A stretch of DNA of 64,000 nt from Lytechinus pictus. Its lineage: Eukaryota. How positions within the stretch are numbered: the stretch's first letter is position 1; the number at the start of each line of letters is the position of its first letter. Below the pieces are notes generated by a model. It was not told where the DNA came from. It made no database searches and saw only the letters and a list, made by a program, of their open reading frames with translations. Below, piece by piece: positions 1 to 14,858 of the stretch. The DNA lies in NCBI RefSeq assembly GCF_037042905.1, contig NC_087249.1, forward strand, positions 15,872,001 through 15,936,000, given 5' to 3'. Position numbers and translations under genes: made by a program.

Positions 1-149
1 CTGATGTTCGCCCTACCTCTTCCATCTGTACTTATCCCTCCATTACCTTGGAACAAGGTTGTGGACTTCATCTTCTACATTCATCTGACCAAATCCAATT
101 GGCTTGTGAAGGAAATACAAGCAGTGGCTATATTCTTCACGACCTTTGG

Positions 150-1290
150 AGTTCAAAGTATTTTTTGCTGAAGCATTGCCTGAATGCTTGGTAATTCTTG
201 ACAATTCGTCATCCTTGTGAGAGGCCGTAATTTGAAGACATTCCATTGATGTGTGAGGTTGGCACTCTTGTAAGTTCTCATCAGTGTGGTTCTCATAAGA
301 AAGATGTCATCCCTAAGTATGACAAATGGAAAAAGTTTAAGTGTCCTGCCTTCGTTGAGTGGTGATAGATCTGGAAACCCACTGCTAATGTCTTTGATGC
401 TGTCCTTCGATTCGCAGTTGTTATAGATCTCGGCATCGGGTTGTTGGTCCAATTCTTTGGTATCTTACCTAATGAAATTGTAGTTACTGTCCACCAATGC
501 TAGTGAAACCTTTCTAATTGTGATAAAGGCTTTCGAAGTGAGCTGGTTTCTTGATGGCCATGACATGTGCTTGCCATCTAATGCTCCTAAAGCATGGGGT
601 ATATTCCACCTTCGTTGATATTGATGGGCAATTTCGAGCCATCTACAATGGTATCTTGGGTTAGGAGGCAGGATAGCACTTCTTCCTTGTATTAAGCAGC
701 ATAGGCTCTGCATACATCGGGTACGAAATGGCATACTGATTCAGATGATGTCCGGAAGGCGGTGACTGTGAAGTGTAGGTATCAGCAGTTGGCATGTACC
801 TTAACCTCAAGGCCAGCTTCAGGCCTGCAGGGATAGCTCTTCCAAACTATGTATACTGATTCTGCATTCGATGATGTACTCAATGACATGGTCCGTCGAA
901 CAGGGTCGGAATTACACGGGGGCGACGGTCGATTTTGCCCCCATGACAGCCCAAATCGCCCCTAAAAATTCTCAAAACCCAATGCTTTGGGGCGACTATT
1001 TATTTCAGAATCGCCCCAATAAAATACCATCGACAATGTAAAAAATACTTCACATAATTACGTTCTCCGGCGGCGGAGCAAGCGCATCTTTTATATCGCC
1101 CTTGCCAGCTTTAAAATGACATGGTCCGTCGAGGCGTCGAATATAGCTGGGGTAATTGTCAGGTACCTTTTGAATGACTGTACATCTTCAGCTTGGAGTT
1201 CTTGCATGTGTTTCGTATTGTCCAAACTGAAACCTCCTTTCTGTTGTCAACAATGGCTTCACCCACCACCTATCATGATACTTTTTTTCT
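150..1290 (-). pseudogene. Degraded PIF/Harbinger transposase (HARBI1-like DDE nuclease)
   Basis: WLEIAHQYQRRWNIPHALGALDGKH, LALVDSNYNFI, FPFVILRDDIF and EDVQSFKRYLTITPAIFD; many frameshifts; 215-bp insertion at 900-1114. Confidence 0.85.
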
Positions 1291-1438
1291 CCTTATGAGG
1301 GACAGGCCAGTCCTACTGTAGTGGAAGTTCATTTTCACTAATTCACTTTGTATTTATAGTAACAAAGCAAGAGGAAATGGTGTAATCACCATGACAACTG
1401 AAAGGCAAAGCATACATATAAATCAATTAATGCTTTAA

Positions 1439-2976
1439 CCCTAAATCTCCTGGGGTATTTTGATTCTTGTCATTCCGGGGGGGGGGGGGGGGCATTATGG
1501 CCCCCCCTTAAGATCTCAGACGCGGATTGCGCGATCACAACAAAAAATTTGCATGATGGTAAAGAATGACGTAATCTACGCAGTTGCATTGGTAAATTTC
1601 ACTGAATTCATATATTTTTATTTTATATGAATTAATTATGCTAATTTATTCATGAAATCATACTTTTTACTCTGATTCACTAATAAAGCTCCTAGAATGC
1701 TATTTTTTGGTGAAAATATTCTTTATAGCATTCCTAACAATTGTGAATGAAAAAAATTCTGGTACCAAGACCGATTTCTTATGGGCAGTTCCATAGGTTG
1801 GTGGACATGAGCTTAAACATTCAAATTCAATATATAGCCCGTCTGAACTGTACATTTTAATTGTGTTTGCCTTACTTATACTTATTGCTGGTTCTTTAAT
1901 TGATGTTGAGGGCTTGAGGCATTTTTTTATTTACACAGCCCAAGCCAGATTTCGTACAGTTTAGTGACTACATTACCAATGTACTGACCAATAAGTAAAA
2001 GAGAGGAGGAAACTTATTTAGAATGTTACCTTTAACATAAACTGGTGTCTGAAGTCCTACTCATATTATTACAGAAACAGAAACATGAATCTTACACACA
2101 TCATTGAATTTTTAGTGACATTTATGTTGTTGACCATACATGGACAAAATGTAACGTGAGTAACCGTAATGTGAATAACCACTTTATCTGCACCCCTAGT
2201 AAAAACCATGTGTTCTTTATTTTTTTAATTATATACAAAGTTTGTTTCCCTAATATACTTCTTTGAAATGGATATATTTTATAATCAACTTTCATAAAAG
2301 CCTTGTATGAGGACACTTTTAACTTATGTTGACTTTTCATTTTATGCATGTCCAAATCATGTAACATGAGTAACCGACACATTTCAAAGATTTGCCAGGA
2401 GCAGAATAAAATTTCCCAAAGTTTGTTTTTATATAAAGGATAGTCAGACTGCGTACTTTGTTGTGATAAAGAGATGTTTAGTTCCTATCAATAATAATGG
2501 AGTTACAGCTCCAAGTATGAGTCAAGGTGTCTCCAAATGTAGCGTGGGTATCCGTGGAATAGCCCTTATGTATTTTATTGTTTTTTTAATTTCTTATGTA
2601 TTTCTTTGTTTTTTACTTTTTGTTTTTTTATTGTTTTTTCGATGGAAATCGTTCCAGACTTAATTCTAATCATAAACAAGGCAAAATTAATTAAGTTTAA
2701 TCAGTAAAAGAAGAAATAATGATACATTTATGAATTTTGGCTAAATACACAATTTGCATTGGATTTGTACATGAAATCACGTTTATGAGCAATTTTGGGT
2801 ATGACATGCACTTACAAAATGTTGCGTAACGTCGTAACCGCGTACCCGTGCGTCACAAATTTGGTCTCAAAATTTGCGCGAGACTTGAAAGTAAAAAGTC
2901 AGTGAGCGGCGAGGTCAAAAAATTTTGCGAAGCAGATATATCGCGAAAATTGCCCCCCCCCCCCGGAGAATTAGGG
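1439..2976. mobile_element. piggyBac-like non-autonomous element
   Basis: TTAA TSDs (1435-1438, 2977-2980); TIRs CCCTAAATCTCC / GGAGAATTAGGG. Confidence 0.8.
1783..2565. mobile_element. Nested TIR element with 4-bp TSD (Sola2-like)
   Basis: GGGCAGTTCCAT...GTGGAATAGCCC flanked by TTAT on both sides. Confidence 0.65.
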
Positions 2977-3406
2977 TTAAATGCCAGCGTGCAACATATA
3001 TTTTCGCTCAATATTTGCTTTATTTTGTAAATACAGTTACCTGTGTCAAGAAACTTCTGTCCACACAAGAAAGATATCTGATATTATTCTCCAATGGTAT
3101 TAATTTTTTTGTGACCTAGTCTTCTCCCTCCAATGTACCCCTAAAGATAATGAAATTTGGGGGAAAGTAAAAAGTTGGAATAATCATTGTGAGCTATATT
3201 GTGATATGTTTGCAAATATAATAAATTACCTACTACCATTTCATAGAATTCAGTCTCTTTTTTTTATTTTGATTATTCATGCATATAAATGCTTCATATG
3301 CTTCATGCATTTTATATATAATTTTACAGTGACAATTTCTTCCATTTTTCAAATTCATTAACGAGAGTTATATTTTTTTGTCTCAAATTTTTGTTTCTCT
3401 CTGCAG

Positions 3407-3509
3407 GAAGCATAAACTGTTATCCATGAGAGCAAAGCTGAGAAATCTAAGCTTCTTCTGGCAGAAGTCACCCAACAGGAAGCGCAATACGGAGCTACAT
3501 GTAGATTAG
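3407..3509 (+). CDS. Possible terminal coding exon of an upstream gene
   Basis: Strong acceptor ttttgtttctctctgcag, then KHKLLSMRAKLRNLSFFWQKSPNRKRNTELHVD*. About 9 kb of UTR-like DNA follows, ending near AATAAA at 12588. Confidence 0.3.
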
Positions 3510-3531
3510 GAAGAAGTCAATGTCATGCTGG

Positions 3532-3737
3532 AGGGATTCCCTGACATTTGCTCCAGCGACAATTGCTCCGCTACAAATTCTACACACTAAACAAATGACT
3601 AATTTCAACCCTGGATTTGACACTATACCCTTCCTTAAACGTAACATAAAGCCCTAATGTAACTCTAACCCTAACCCTACATCTTACACAAAATAAAGCC
3701 TGAAGTAATTGTCACAGGAGCAAATGTCTTGTCACCG
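3532..3737. mobile_element. MITE with internal TAACCC repeats
   Basis: Inverted ends GACATTTGCTCC / GGAGCAAATGTC. Confidence 0.55.
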
Positions 3738-6700
3738 TTGGACGATGGACTCAACAAACTCAGGTCAAAGGTCAAGAAAATGCCAGAAATATGCCACGAG
3801 ATCCAGTGGTAAGTTATGCATTGTAATGAGTATTATATGGTGCATTAAATATGCTTGTTTTAGTATGAGTGGTTTGTCTGTGCCAGATCAGAGTATATTG
3901 CACAATGCACAAAGATCTGATGAATTCCCCATAAAGGCTACCTGCTGTGGAATGTTGAGCCTCAGGTCACTTTGATTAAAATTAATATTTTCTCCAATGT
4001 CTTTTAGGTGAGATGGTTATTGGATATCACTAGTGTTAGTATATGAATATAATGCTTCCAAGCGATATTCATATGTTATTTGAGATCAATGAACTTTGGA
4101 TTTTATTGTCAATAATATATATATTTTTTTTCTTTTAATTTTGAAAGATTATTTTTCATTTTGATTAGTTTTCGTAAAGATTCTATGAAGGGGTCTCATT
4201 TTCAAACATGATTCTGAACCTAACTCTGTCACAACCTTATATCCTCTGTCTTCCATGAAATTTAGATGGGAGTGATTTGTCATAGTAGTAAAATTTGGGT
4301 TAGCCATTTGTATTGAAAGGAGCTATGCATTCTATTGATTGTTGGTACAGTCAAGTTTACTTACTTTAATCACTGGTCTACCTCAGATAAAGCTTTTATA
4401 ATTTTCATCTTGAAGTTTTGTTTCTTTTCTTTGGTTTACAGCTTTACTTCGCAGCTTAGAGGAGTCTTACACAGCTGATGGAACAAAGTAATACTTAAAG
4501 TGAGTATATTAAAAATAAGAAAGTTGCAAATCCATGGAGGTAAATCTTGAGGAAAGCCAATAATGCAATATTGAGTAATTTCCTGTTTGGTGTTAGTTTG
4601 CAAGCACGATTCTGATCGGCTTCCATCACATCTAATGTTAGTTTGAAAAATGATCTGAATCATATTATAGCTGACCACCCAAGTGTTTGTATGTATTATT
4701 GAAAAAAAATATGTACCAAATTATTCTGGTAGAAAATGTGTAATTGCTGAGAAATGGACAGAGTGAGCATATTGTATCTTTAGGTGTCGATAATTATATT
4801 ATAATTGGAAATATATATGTGTGTGTATGAACATACATCATGCCTTATACTGCAATATGCAAATTTGAAAACTAGACAAGTAAATTTGGGAAATGTTTTT
4901 GATGATATATGTACTTGAATTGTGCAAATCCCCAAATTGAATATATACCTAAGTGTTTCAGGGTAGTTTACCAGTAGAAGAGTTGTCCCAATGCAAACTT
5001 TTGTTTTGTTTATAGTGTGTAAGTGTTTCAACTTGTGATGAAAGTTTTTGAAAAGGATATATAATTAGAATGTTTTGTTCTTTCACTTTAATACACTTGC
5101 AGTCTTGTCACTCGGTGTACAACATGGATGCACCCCCTATCTGGGAAAGTCTACCAGAGCTAAAGATGTGACACAATCTTGACATCTTCATCTGCACTGA
5201 ATGTCTGGTGTGATAATTTGTTGGTACATACATGGACATGATGTATAATCCACCTGTAAAGAAAGACCACCTTCTCAGAAAGACCAAATGTTATATCCTT
5301 TGAAACATACATGTACAACAAAGGAACCTGTTTGTAAATACCTCTTTTTCTTATATCTGAGAGAATGACTATCAGGGACCGGTACTTTGACATCAGACAT
5401 TATACACAGTCTGTTTTTGGTGCTCCACTATATGTTCTTAATATGGAAATTTCCACCATGTAATTCAACTTGAATGAACCAAATGCCAGTTTGAAAGACT
5501 ATCTGCATTCGCTACTTATGAACCAGGATGGGAAATGTTTTTTTTATTTTTAGGGGCTTATTTTGTCCACAATGGGGTTTTTGCTGACTTTTGGGAGCTA
5601 TTTCTTTCATATTAACAGCTACATTTTTGTGCAACAAGCACTTACGCTGCAAAATCATTTCTCATCATTCTGCTGTACAGGGGTGTATGTAGAATATTAA
5701 TTTTTAGACAATTTTTAGACAATATTAGCTCCCCAAAGTGTTCAATTTTGTGAATTTTCCAACACTGTCATGAACCCATTTTTAGGTATTTATGATGACT
5801 TTTGTGTATCTCAAAGGTTCAAGGTCCAAGCTATTATCTCCGAACAGTGATTTTCAGTTTGAATTAAAGAAAGTCCTTTTCTCTTCTTGAAACATTTTAT
5901 TCTATTTCAAACTTGATCGAGAATGAAATTCTGTTTTTGAGAGAAAACGTACGCATAAAAAGCATGAATTCCATTTTGCAATGAGTTTTCTCCTTAAAAG
6001 TATAGAACCAAAACAGATTTTTCGTTTTGATTTTAAGACTGGTAAACAGAAAACTACTGTCCCTAATTATTTGCTGACTTTCCAAATTATCTGAATTATC
6101 TGTTGTTTCATCAATGGATGCATACTATGTAGGGCATGATTACTAGGAGAAAATGATATGTGCATATTAAAGGTTACAAATGATTTTCAAGTATCATGAG
6201 GTTTATAATTAATATGGCTTGTAGGTTTTTGTGGAGTTATATCGGTTTAAATGAAGTTAATAATTGTGTTAATTTTGTGTTTACTATTCTGCAAAAGTGA
6301 ACCCAAAGGTTTTCCAGAGTTTTCCTCGAATGAATTTATCTCTGGTTTTTACCCTGGATTTACTTGCCGTAGAATAATTGTTTAAAGGGGGATGTAAGTC
6401 CCGGACCATGGGGGAAATTGGATCGTAAGCAATTTGCAAAAGGCTTGTTTACTTTATGCACACAATAATAATACTGTACTGGATTATTAAAAGAAATCAA
6501 AAATTGGAAAGCGCGAATTCAACCCATCCAAGGGTCGTTATTTATTTTAAGTTGCCGAAGTTCTCTTCAATCCTTCGTCGTAGACTCTTAACTGGTCTCT
6601 TGATTGTTAATCCAAACAAACTCCATCTATTACACTTATATGTTCAAATTGAAAATTTACTTTGCACCTGGATGGCTCTGCGCCAATCATGTGATACCCC

Positions 6701-7494
6701 TTAAGGCTTTTCTCAGATTTTATTTGTAATTTGCTTTTTCATGTGTCCAGCCACCCCCAAACCAACAATAAGTTGCAATGGAAGCTTCTCTGTAAATAGC
6801 CAAAAAAGTAGCTTCTTCATACTGTCAGAATTTTGGATTAGAAAAGTTAAATAGAAAAAAAAATAGATACAAGAGTTTCTTTGACATTAGTTTTTGCAGG
6901 CTACTTGAAAGTTCCACAGTGGACCATGGTTTATGACTTGCGTTCCTCTTTAACACAAGACCCCCCCCTGATTTGAATTTGTGCGCAATGCAGCACAATA
7001 GCTTTATATACACTTATTTTCCATGAATATCATTAACATGTTCTGTCCAGTTTCATGAATTATTATGATACAAAGAGAGTTTATGATAAATTTTTTTAAT
7101 TTCATATTCTAAATTAGAGATTAAGGCTATTTCAAATGCAGGAATAGCAAAGTTTGTTCTAAGCTAATTCAGTCTAGTTTTTATTTTGATTTCATAAAAT
7201 ATTTTTGTATCGTCTGCATAGATAATGAAATTTGATATTTCAAAGGATTCAATGATGTCATTAACACAAATAAAAAACACCCATGTACACTTCATTGCAG
7301 GATAACATATGTTATGGAAAGAATATATAGATCGAAATATCAGATCAAAAGTTATTGAAAGAAGTAAACTAAATTGGTCCCAAAGATGTGCGAGATGAAA
7401 AAGGTCATAGGTCAAAGATCACAGAGGTCATTTGGTACCCCAAAATATACTTTTTTCATGAAAAAATAAATAACCGTGTGAAGATTCAACTTCA

Positions 7495-7730
7495 ACCCTT
7501 TCCCCTTGACACAGCGTGAAAACGAGCATTTCTGCGCAAACAGATTTCTGCGAGCTTTACAAAAATGGAGAGTGCTCACTCAAGTGTAACATTCTGTCAA
7601 AACTTTGACATTCATTCGATAGATGAGACCCAAAGCAAACCCAAGATTTTATGTGAAAAAATTACCCACATGTATATTTGTTAATTCCCAGGGATTTTTC
7701 AAAGTGTAAACTTTTTTTTTATACACACTG
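7495..7730. mobile_element. 3' fragment of the Tc1/mariner-like MITE at 41992-42962
   Basis: Near-identical to 42729-42962; ends CACTG|TA. Confidence 0.75.
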
Positions 7731-10147
7731 TATAGTGCTAGACTGCTAGTGATGTGTTTATCTTTTTGTTTCATTATACCCAGAGTATATAGTCAAAGTG
7801 TTAGATTTTTGAAAAGTTTATGAATTTAGCAAAACAATTCTTGGAACTGTTTCACAAATATATAAATCTGACTGAAAGTCCTGCCTAATTGTTAATGTGC
7901 ATATGATATTTCATGTGCAGTCTTATTGATTCATACACAGTAGAGTGCATCTTCTGAGGGTGATTTAATCAATATGGTGATCTGTTACTTTCTCAAATCT
8001 TTGTGAAACACTCCTTTGATTTGTCTCTTATGTCACATATAATGCCAGATAGCTTGGACCTGCCCAATAATGTTTGCTTGTCTGTACTACATATATACTT
8101 GTTTTGTATTCATGATTTTATACTTATTTTTTTATAAAATTATGTAAGACCAACAGCCTGGAAGATTTATTCAAGTTGCAGGACCATAGCAGTTGACTCT
8201 GATTGATGGTGGTAGGCCCTAAACCTTACAAGCATGGCTTCCTGTCTGGTTTGAGCATGGGTCTTCCTGCCAGAATCACACAATTAGTGACGTCACTACT
8301 GAGAGATCTATTTTTCAGTATGCAGAGAAGGGCACTGGACACTGTTGTGCATGGTACACAACTTACCACAATGTAAGTGCTTTAATAATGATTTCAATGA
8401 TATTTTGTGTAGCCTAGAGTATGCAAGACAATGCAATCGGTTTTCCAGTAATTACATACTGAGGGCAATAACCTTTGTGAAAATATTGGGTGGCAATTTT
8501 CCCCATATCAGGATTTTCTCTTTTCTTTTAATAACTGTAATCCCTTCTCTTCACCTTTACTGTTATTTTCTTCCCATTCCTGTATCCTTTTGTTGGGTGT
8601 AGTCTTTCTTTATATACCTCCCAGTACTCTCTGTTCTAACTATATCTTTGTTTCACATTGTTGCAACATGATATTTGCCATGACTGATTTAATAATTTGG
8701 TAAAAGGATAAACAATTTTTATAAGAAATTTATATATATATATTTATATATACAGACTTTGATCATGTTATTTTTATTGCAAAGCAATGATAGAGCAATG
8801 TGAATTATGTTGCAAAATATTTATTCTCCTTTTCTGTATGTGTTAATTTTGGGGTCAGACTAATTTGAATTAATATTTTCAAACTTTATCGCGGTCATTT
8901 CACCATTTACCTTCATGAACCTCATGTTTGTGCTAAAGCCGATGGCACCACCACAAACGAGGTTTGTGCGAGTGCCGAGTGTGTATCCATCATGAAATCA
9001 CAGAATGAGAAGAGATAATGTGGACTGCACGAATGTTAAGATATGTGATGATAAGGTAGATTTTCAATATAGGTTTGTTTGCCCAAATCTTCAACTTCGG
9101 ATATGAATTTTTCACCCATTTTTATGAGGATTATGCACCTGATCGGTTTTTCCACGGTGTGTAAAAAAAATCTCCTTCAATCAAAGCAATATATCTGTAA
9201 GTCTGGAATCTTGTTTTAGAAGTGCAATGTCAAATTTTGATTTCTAGAGCCTTGCCAGTTGCCAGTATAGTGTTTCAAGTTGACCCATATTGATATTTGA
9301 AATATTGATGGAGCAGTTTAGCCAATATGGCTTTGGAGCTCAGTGACATTTGTCAAGATCGATCAAAAACTGGTTTGCACTCCAAATTGACGCAGGTAAC
9401 CACTTAGTCTACTCAAAGAAAAGAGAGGGGAACTGGCGACGTATGTTTGAAGAGAAGGGATACTGACTTCCAGAAATTTGTCTAAGTTGCATGTGACATC
9501 TGTATATTTGGTGTTTGGAATCTGGTAATGTTGCGGTAATCTTCAATCACTGTCTGACCACAAGGAATGAAGCTCCTTTCAGAATATGCATATGATATCC
9601 AGAGCTCTTCAAAACCTCATACAAGTCGCATACTTTTTGGATTCACAAATGCCGATATCTTGTGAGAGTGTGGGCCTCTTTGTGGTGGCATTAGAGGAAT
9701 TCTCAGTGGATCTAGATCCAGGTGGTCATTTGTGTCTTTTCCGGCCATTTGTTGATATTTTCCTGTGTTTATGAGATTTTCCCATATTTATTTGCCTCTG
9801 ATGAAATGAAAGGCAATGTGATGTCTTGGTATTATAAAGTCAGAGTCAATAAAGACAATTTTTTGCTCCTCATGCATGCCGATATTAGCACCAAAAGGGA
9901 AGCTTCATACATCTGATACATTTTCTGGCTTAGTCTGTAACTCTATTAGTAAACCAAAATGCACTTGTTTGAATTCTAATAAGGCAGAATCTTAAAATGT
10001 TTATCAGCATTCATTTTCTGTGTCCAGGAGGAAACGTTCTTTCTTTGCAAAGAATTTTGAATAGATATCCTGTGTAAAGGAAACTTCATCACGTTCAGGT
10101 ATTCAGAAATGTAATCCCTTACAATGAAAGGAAGTTACTGTGTTTAA

Positions 10148-10605
10148 CCCTATATAGCCAGGGCTATTTTGAAATTGCATAGCCAGGGGGGGGGGGTAAG
10201 TCTTTTAAGCCACCACCCCACCCCCAAGATCTTGGTCGTTGATTAGGGCCGGTATTCAATTTGATACTTTAATTTTAAGTACTAGTATTTTACTCAGTAT
10301 TTTGCCTTAAAAAAAACACATCCATCTTTGGTATTCAATTGGATTTGGCTTAAATATACATGCAAGTCAGACACATACCAGACTTAAGTCTGGCTTGCAT
10401 ATAGTTTACAAACGTGATATGCGCAGTCATACATTCTGTGCTCAGATGATAACATACATTGTGCGTTATTTGGCTCAAACTTTATCATGATGTCAAAGTG
10501 GTTGTTAGTATTTTGCTTAAATTTGGCTGTATGAAGTAAAATACTTAGATGTGATCTAAATATGAGTTTAAAAAAAAAGCCCCCCCCCCCCCGGGCTAGA
10601 TAGGG
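10148..10605. mobile_element. piggyBac-like MITE
   Basis: TTAA|CCCTATATAGCC...GGCTAGATAGGG|TTAA. Confidence 0.75.
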
Positions 10606-12772
10606 TTAAGTTATGCATGTGCCTGCTTATCATTGGCAGTTATTTTGGGAGAAGGGCGTCCACTCAATGATTCTGAATTTCATTATCCTTTGATCTTGTG
10701 CGATCTAAAACTCTTTCATGGGAACTTGTGAGTCTTTCATTTTCTTTGCAATGATCATACAATGCATAATTTGCAGACCATCATATAATTATTTCCTTCT
10801 TCTTGCTTATAGTTCCTCTGATCATGTCAGAGAAGTTTCTCAGCCAGGTCCTGAAGCTTGATATGAAGTGATGCTAGGCTGTTCATTCATCCATCTTCTG
10901 GTCTGTGGGTAGGGCAATGATTGGTAGATTTTTCCAACAGTGTCCCTTTGGCTAAAGAAATGATTTCCTATATCCAGTGTGGAACAAGTTTGGGAAATGT
11001 TGTTGGGTGCTGTCTGTTAGATTTGACATTGCATGTTTTGGTAGACTGTTCCAACTCTCTGTGACCCTTTGGCTAAAGAAGTGGTTTCCTCCATCCAGTC
11101 TGGAACAACTTTGGGCAGTTTTATTGGGTGCTGTCTGTGAGAGTTGTCATTGGTTCTTGATGACCATTTGGCTGAATATATCCATGGAAAGATTTTTTTT
11201 GAATAATTTATTGGATGTCTTCTCTGAAATTTGACATTTTGCTTCACTGCTAGGATTCATGCATTGTATTGTAATGATTGATGGGAGATTATAGACCATT
11301 GTGGGATATGAAGTGTACTCCCACAGGACAAGCCTATGTTGAGGTCCTAACCCATTAGATCTATCTTTCATTGTCGGTGCCTCGCCTGATCTCTCAGGGT
11401 TCATGGTTGCATGATGGATACAGTATGCAAGCAAACATTTAGTTCTTGTATGATGGTGAATGAATAAATTAGCTTGACAGGGGAAAAAATAGTCAAGTAT
11501 TTTCCCGATTGGTTTCTATTTTGATCAAAATTCATAGAAACGCTGTTGCATCATGTATGGAAAAGGGTATATTTATTTGCAATATATTTTTTAATATATT
11601 CCATTTGCTCTTTGGAAAAGAACCCCCCCCCCCCAAAAAAAAAAAAAAAAAAAAAAAAAGCACAAAAAAAATAGCCAACGAATTCTTTTTTTTTTTCTAA
11701 TGTGATGATATAAATTGACTTGTTTAATGAAAATATGAACTGTGAAAATGATTAGTAATAATACTAAAAAATATTAAATTGAAAATTAGAACACTGTAGG
11801 GTCAGTCATGGATAGTTAATGTTGAAAGGATGTGAAATGATTGAAAATGGGCAGATACAGGGAGTTAGTGATTATCACTTATTTGCTCTACGCCAATCAG
11901 ATGCAAGGATTTTTTGGTGAAAATCACTGACAAATCTTCATGAAATGCTTTCCTGGATGGATAGAACAGGGAGGTATACAAAGAGAGCACAATCAGTGAT
12001 TCAACCGCTATTTGTGTTATGGGGGAAAGGGGAGGGGTTGTAAGGAAGGGTGGTGGTTTTGTTCAAGGGCGAATGAAAAGAATACAAAGGAGATTAACAG
12101 ACCGATTCTTATGGCAAGGAAGGGGAGTAGTTTGGAAAGATTGAGGGGGGGGGGGTAAAAGAAATTGCTTCTTGAGGCAAATTTTAGATGAATATGAACT
12201 AAGTTCCCCCCCCAAAAAAAAAAAAGTAACGGTTGCCCCCAGGAACACAATCACTTGAAAAGTAGATGGATTGTCTTGCATACTATGGGCTGCATAAAAT
12301 ATCATTAAAATCATTATCAAAGCACTTTCATTGTGGCAAGTTGTATACCATGCACAACAGTATCCAGTGCCCTTCTCTGTACACTGAAAAATAGGTCTCT
12401 CAGTGGTGATGTCACATATTGTGTGATTTGTCAAGAAGACCCCAGCTCGGACTAGGCTGCTGGTCATTTTGTGAGGGGTGGGTTTTGCCCCATTGAATTC
12501 AGAGGTCAGCTGCTATGGTATCCTGAATACTTGAATGAATCTTCTTGGCTGCTGGTTTGTTTTTTTTGTTCACTCTTTCGTTGAAAAAATAAATGCGTCT
12601 TAGAAATTAAAACTTATTTTAGTCTCATTTGTGTATTTATATACTGTGACAAATTTCCCCCCTCCCTTATCAATATGACCTGCCCCCCCCCCCCACTATC
12701 AATTTCAACCTGCCCCTTTTTCATCCATTTTGACACCCCTTTTCCCTTTTTTATTGGGAGTGGGGGTGCCAA

Positions 12773-13275
12773 GGGCCCTGTTGCATAAAATTACTATATA
12801 GTCATTTTGCCATCTAATGTTTCCATGTTAGCTACCATTGGATGGTATGACCTTATACGTTACACATCATGGAGGGCATTAGAATCATACACACAATGTT
12901 ACTTTGAGAAGTTCTAATATGCCCAAGGCAGAGCCGAGTGTTTGGAATGTTTCTAAAGTAACAAGTGCGTGCAATAATTCTAATGCCCAAGCAAAATGAT
13001 GTGCTTTGTTTTATAAGATAGTGATATGGATTCCTATTTGATAAACCATCATCTCTTCACCATGACCGGTCAAAAGAACCTTTTTTTTCCTGAGCGCATT
13101 GAGAAATAGTGATGTGTGATATGCGCTATATAGAAAATATGATCATTAGTAGCACCAATTTTGGCAATTTTTCCTGTTAGCTAAAATGTCTTACTGATCA
13201 TGTGGTAGATTTTAGCCAATCATTTGATTAGGATCCATAACGCTATTTTATATCATCTTTAATGCAACAGGGCCC
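12773..13275. mobile_element. Harbinger-like MITE
   Basis: TIRs GGGCCCTGTTGCAT / ATGCAACAGGGCCC; a related short copy lies at about 38221-38375. Confidence 0.65.
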
Positions 13276-14858
13276 AGGGCAAGTAACCTGGACTTTTTTT
13301 TTGTGCTTCCCCTTTTTTTCATATCGAATATAAGCAATATGCAAAACAAATATGATTTTCAGAATACCGGCCAGCTTTTAGGTTGTACAATGTGCAGAAG
13401 GTAAACCAAAAATTAGAAGGCTTTAATATGCTCGATTGTATTCTTCCATTTTTTTTTTTAAAAGTAAATTTCTAAGGCCTACATTTTCCAGGTGCAATTT
13501 TCATCTTTTCCAAGATTTGAGAAGGCGGAGATTAAATTTTAAGTTATGAATTAACCGAGTGATACGTCACTGAACATTTGTAATAAGGAGTAGGTGAGTT
13601 CCGTCTCGTTTTCGATGGCCCTCACAATTCAAATTACCTTCTGCACTGTATAAGCCAAATATTCAAGTTAGTGGCAATTTGCAGGTGATGATCTTGTAAA
13701 ATTAGTGAAATGCGAAACCACAACAATTTCAGCTTATAAGTTACGAGAATCTTGTCAGTTCGACATTTAAAAATATCTTCAGTTTTTAATATTTTAGAAG
13801 AGTGTAAACTTCACAAAATGAAAATAATTTTATTAAATACATTTTGATTTTTAAACTAGATTTTAAATTTGAATAATATTTTAAGATGAGCTGTATTTTG
13901 TCACCTTTTTGGTTCATATTTTTAAATAATCATCAATGCATTAAGAAATGCAATACATAAAGATTATATGGAATTTACAAAACAAAAATGAATATTATTT
14001 CAAATTGGCAACGTTAACGGTTATGTTTAGTTAGACAAATTTGAGTTTTCCAAAGTTTGTAACATCTATCATAAGATGTTTTGCTCAATATTTGAATATT
14101 GTTAATTCATGTGAAGATGCATTTCACTAAGTTTATTTTATAAAATCCGTAAGAAAATGAGGTAGGCAGAATATACATAAAGGGGATTTAAAATTAGTCA
14201 TTCGACCGTTGCGGGCATTACTATCAAGTGCAAATTTTAATGTAACCAAACGGTCGCAAAACTTAAATGTGGAAGTCCCTTCAGAGGTAGATCATCATCT
14301 TCTTTGCTCATGAGCAAACAAGATTCTGTAGGGGGGAGAGAGAGTTGAGAAAAGGGAGGAGAGAGACAATGGAAGGAGACAGAGGGGAAGAGAGGGATGG
14401 ACAGAAAGAAAGAGAGGGAGAAATGGCAGATAGGAAAAAGTTTTGCACTAAAATAAATACAAGTACCCAAAACCATTGGCGGCGATTTCATGGGACTTTT
14501 GGTCCATATGGTGGGGGGGGGGGGGGGTGGACGAGACAACCCTCTTCAATAAACTGCTGTACACAATTTTTAAAAGGGGGGCATGTTCCCTTCCCCCGGA
14601 ATCACCGCCAATAGTTGTAACACAATCATTTATTAATAAATCAAGGCAAAATAAATCTGTAAAAATTTGGCCATGTTTCATTTACACAGCAACTAATAGT
14701 TCTGATTTATCAAGTGCACTTATAAAAATAGCCCTACCGTAACTTATTCTTCGGGGAGAGGGAGCAATCGGAAGCATACAACGAAACATTTTTACTTGAC
14801 AAATTCTATACCTATAAAACTTATTTTTGAAGACTTTAAAGTTTGTCAGGTGATAACC

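Noticed and set aside
3640-3680. Interstitial telomere (TAACCC)
   Set aside because: Only 2-3 degenerate units, inside a MITE.
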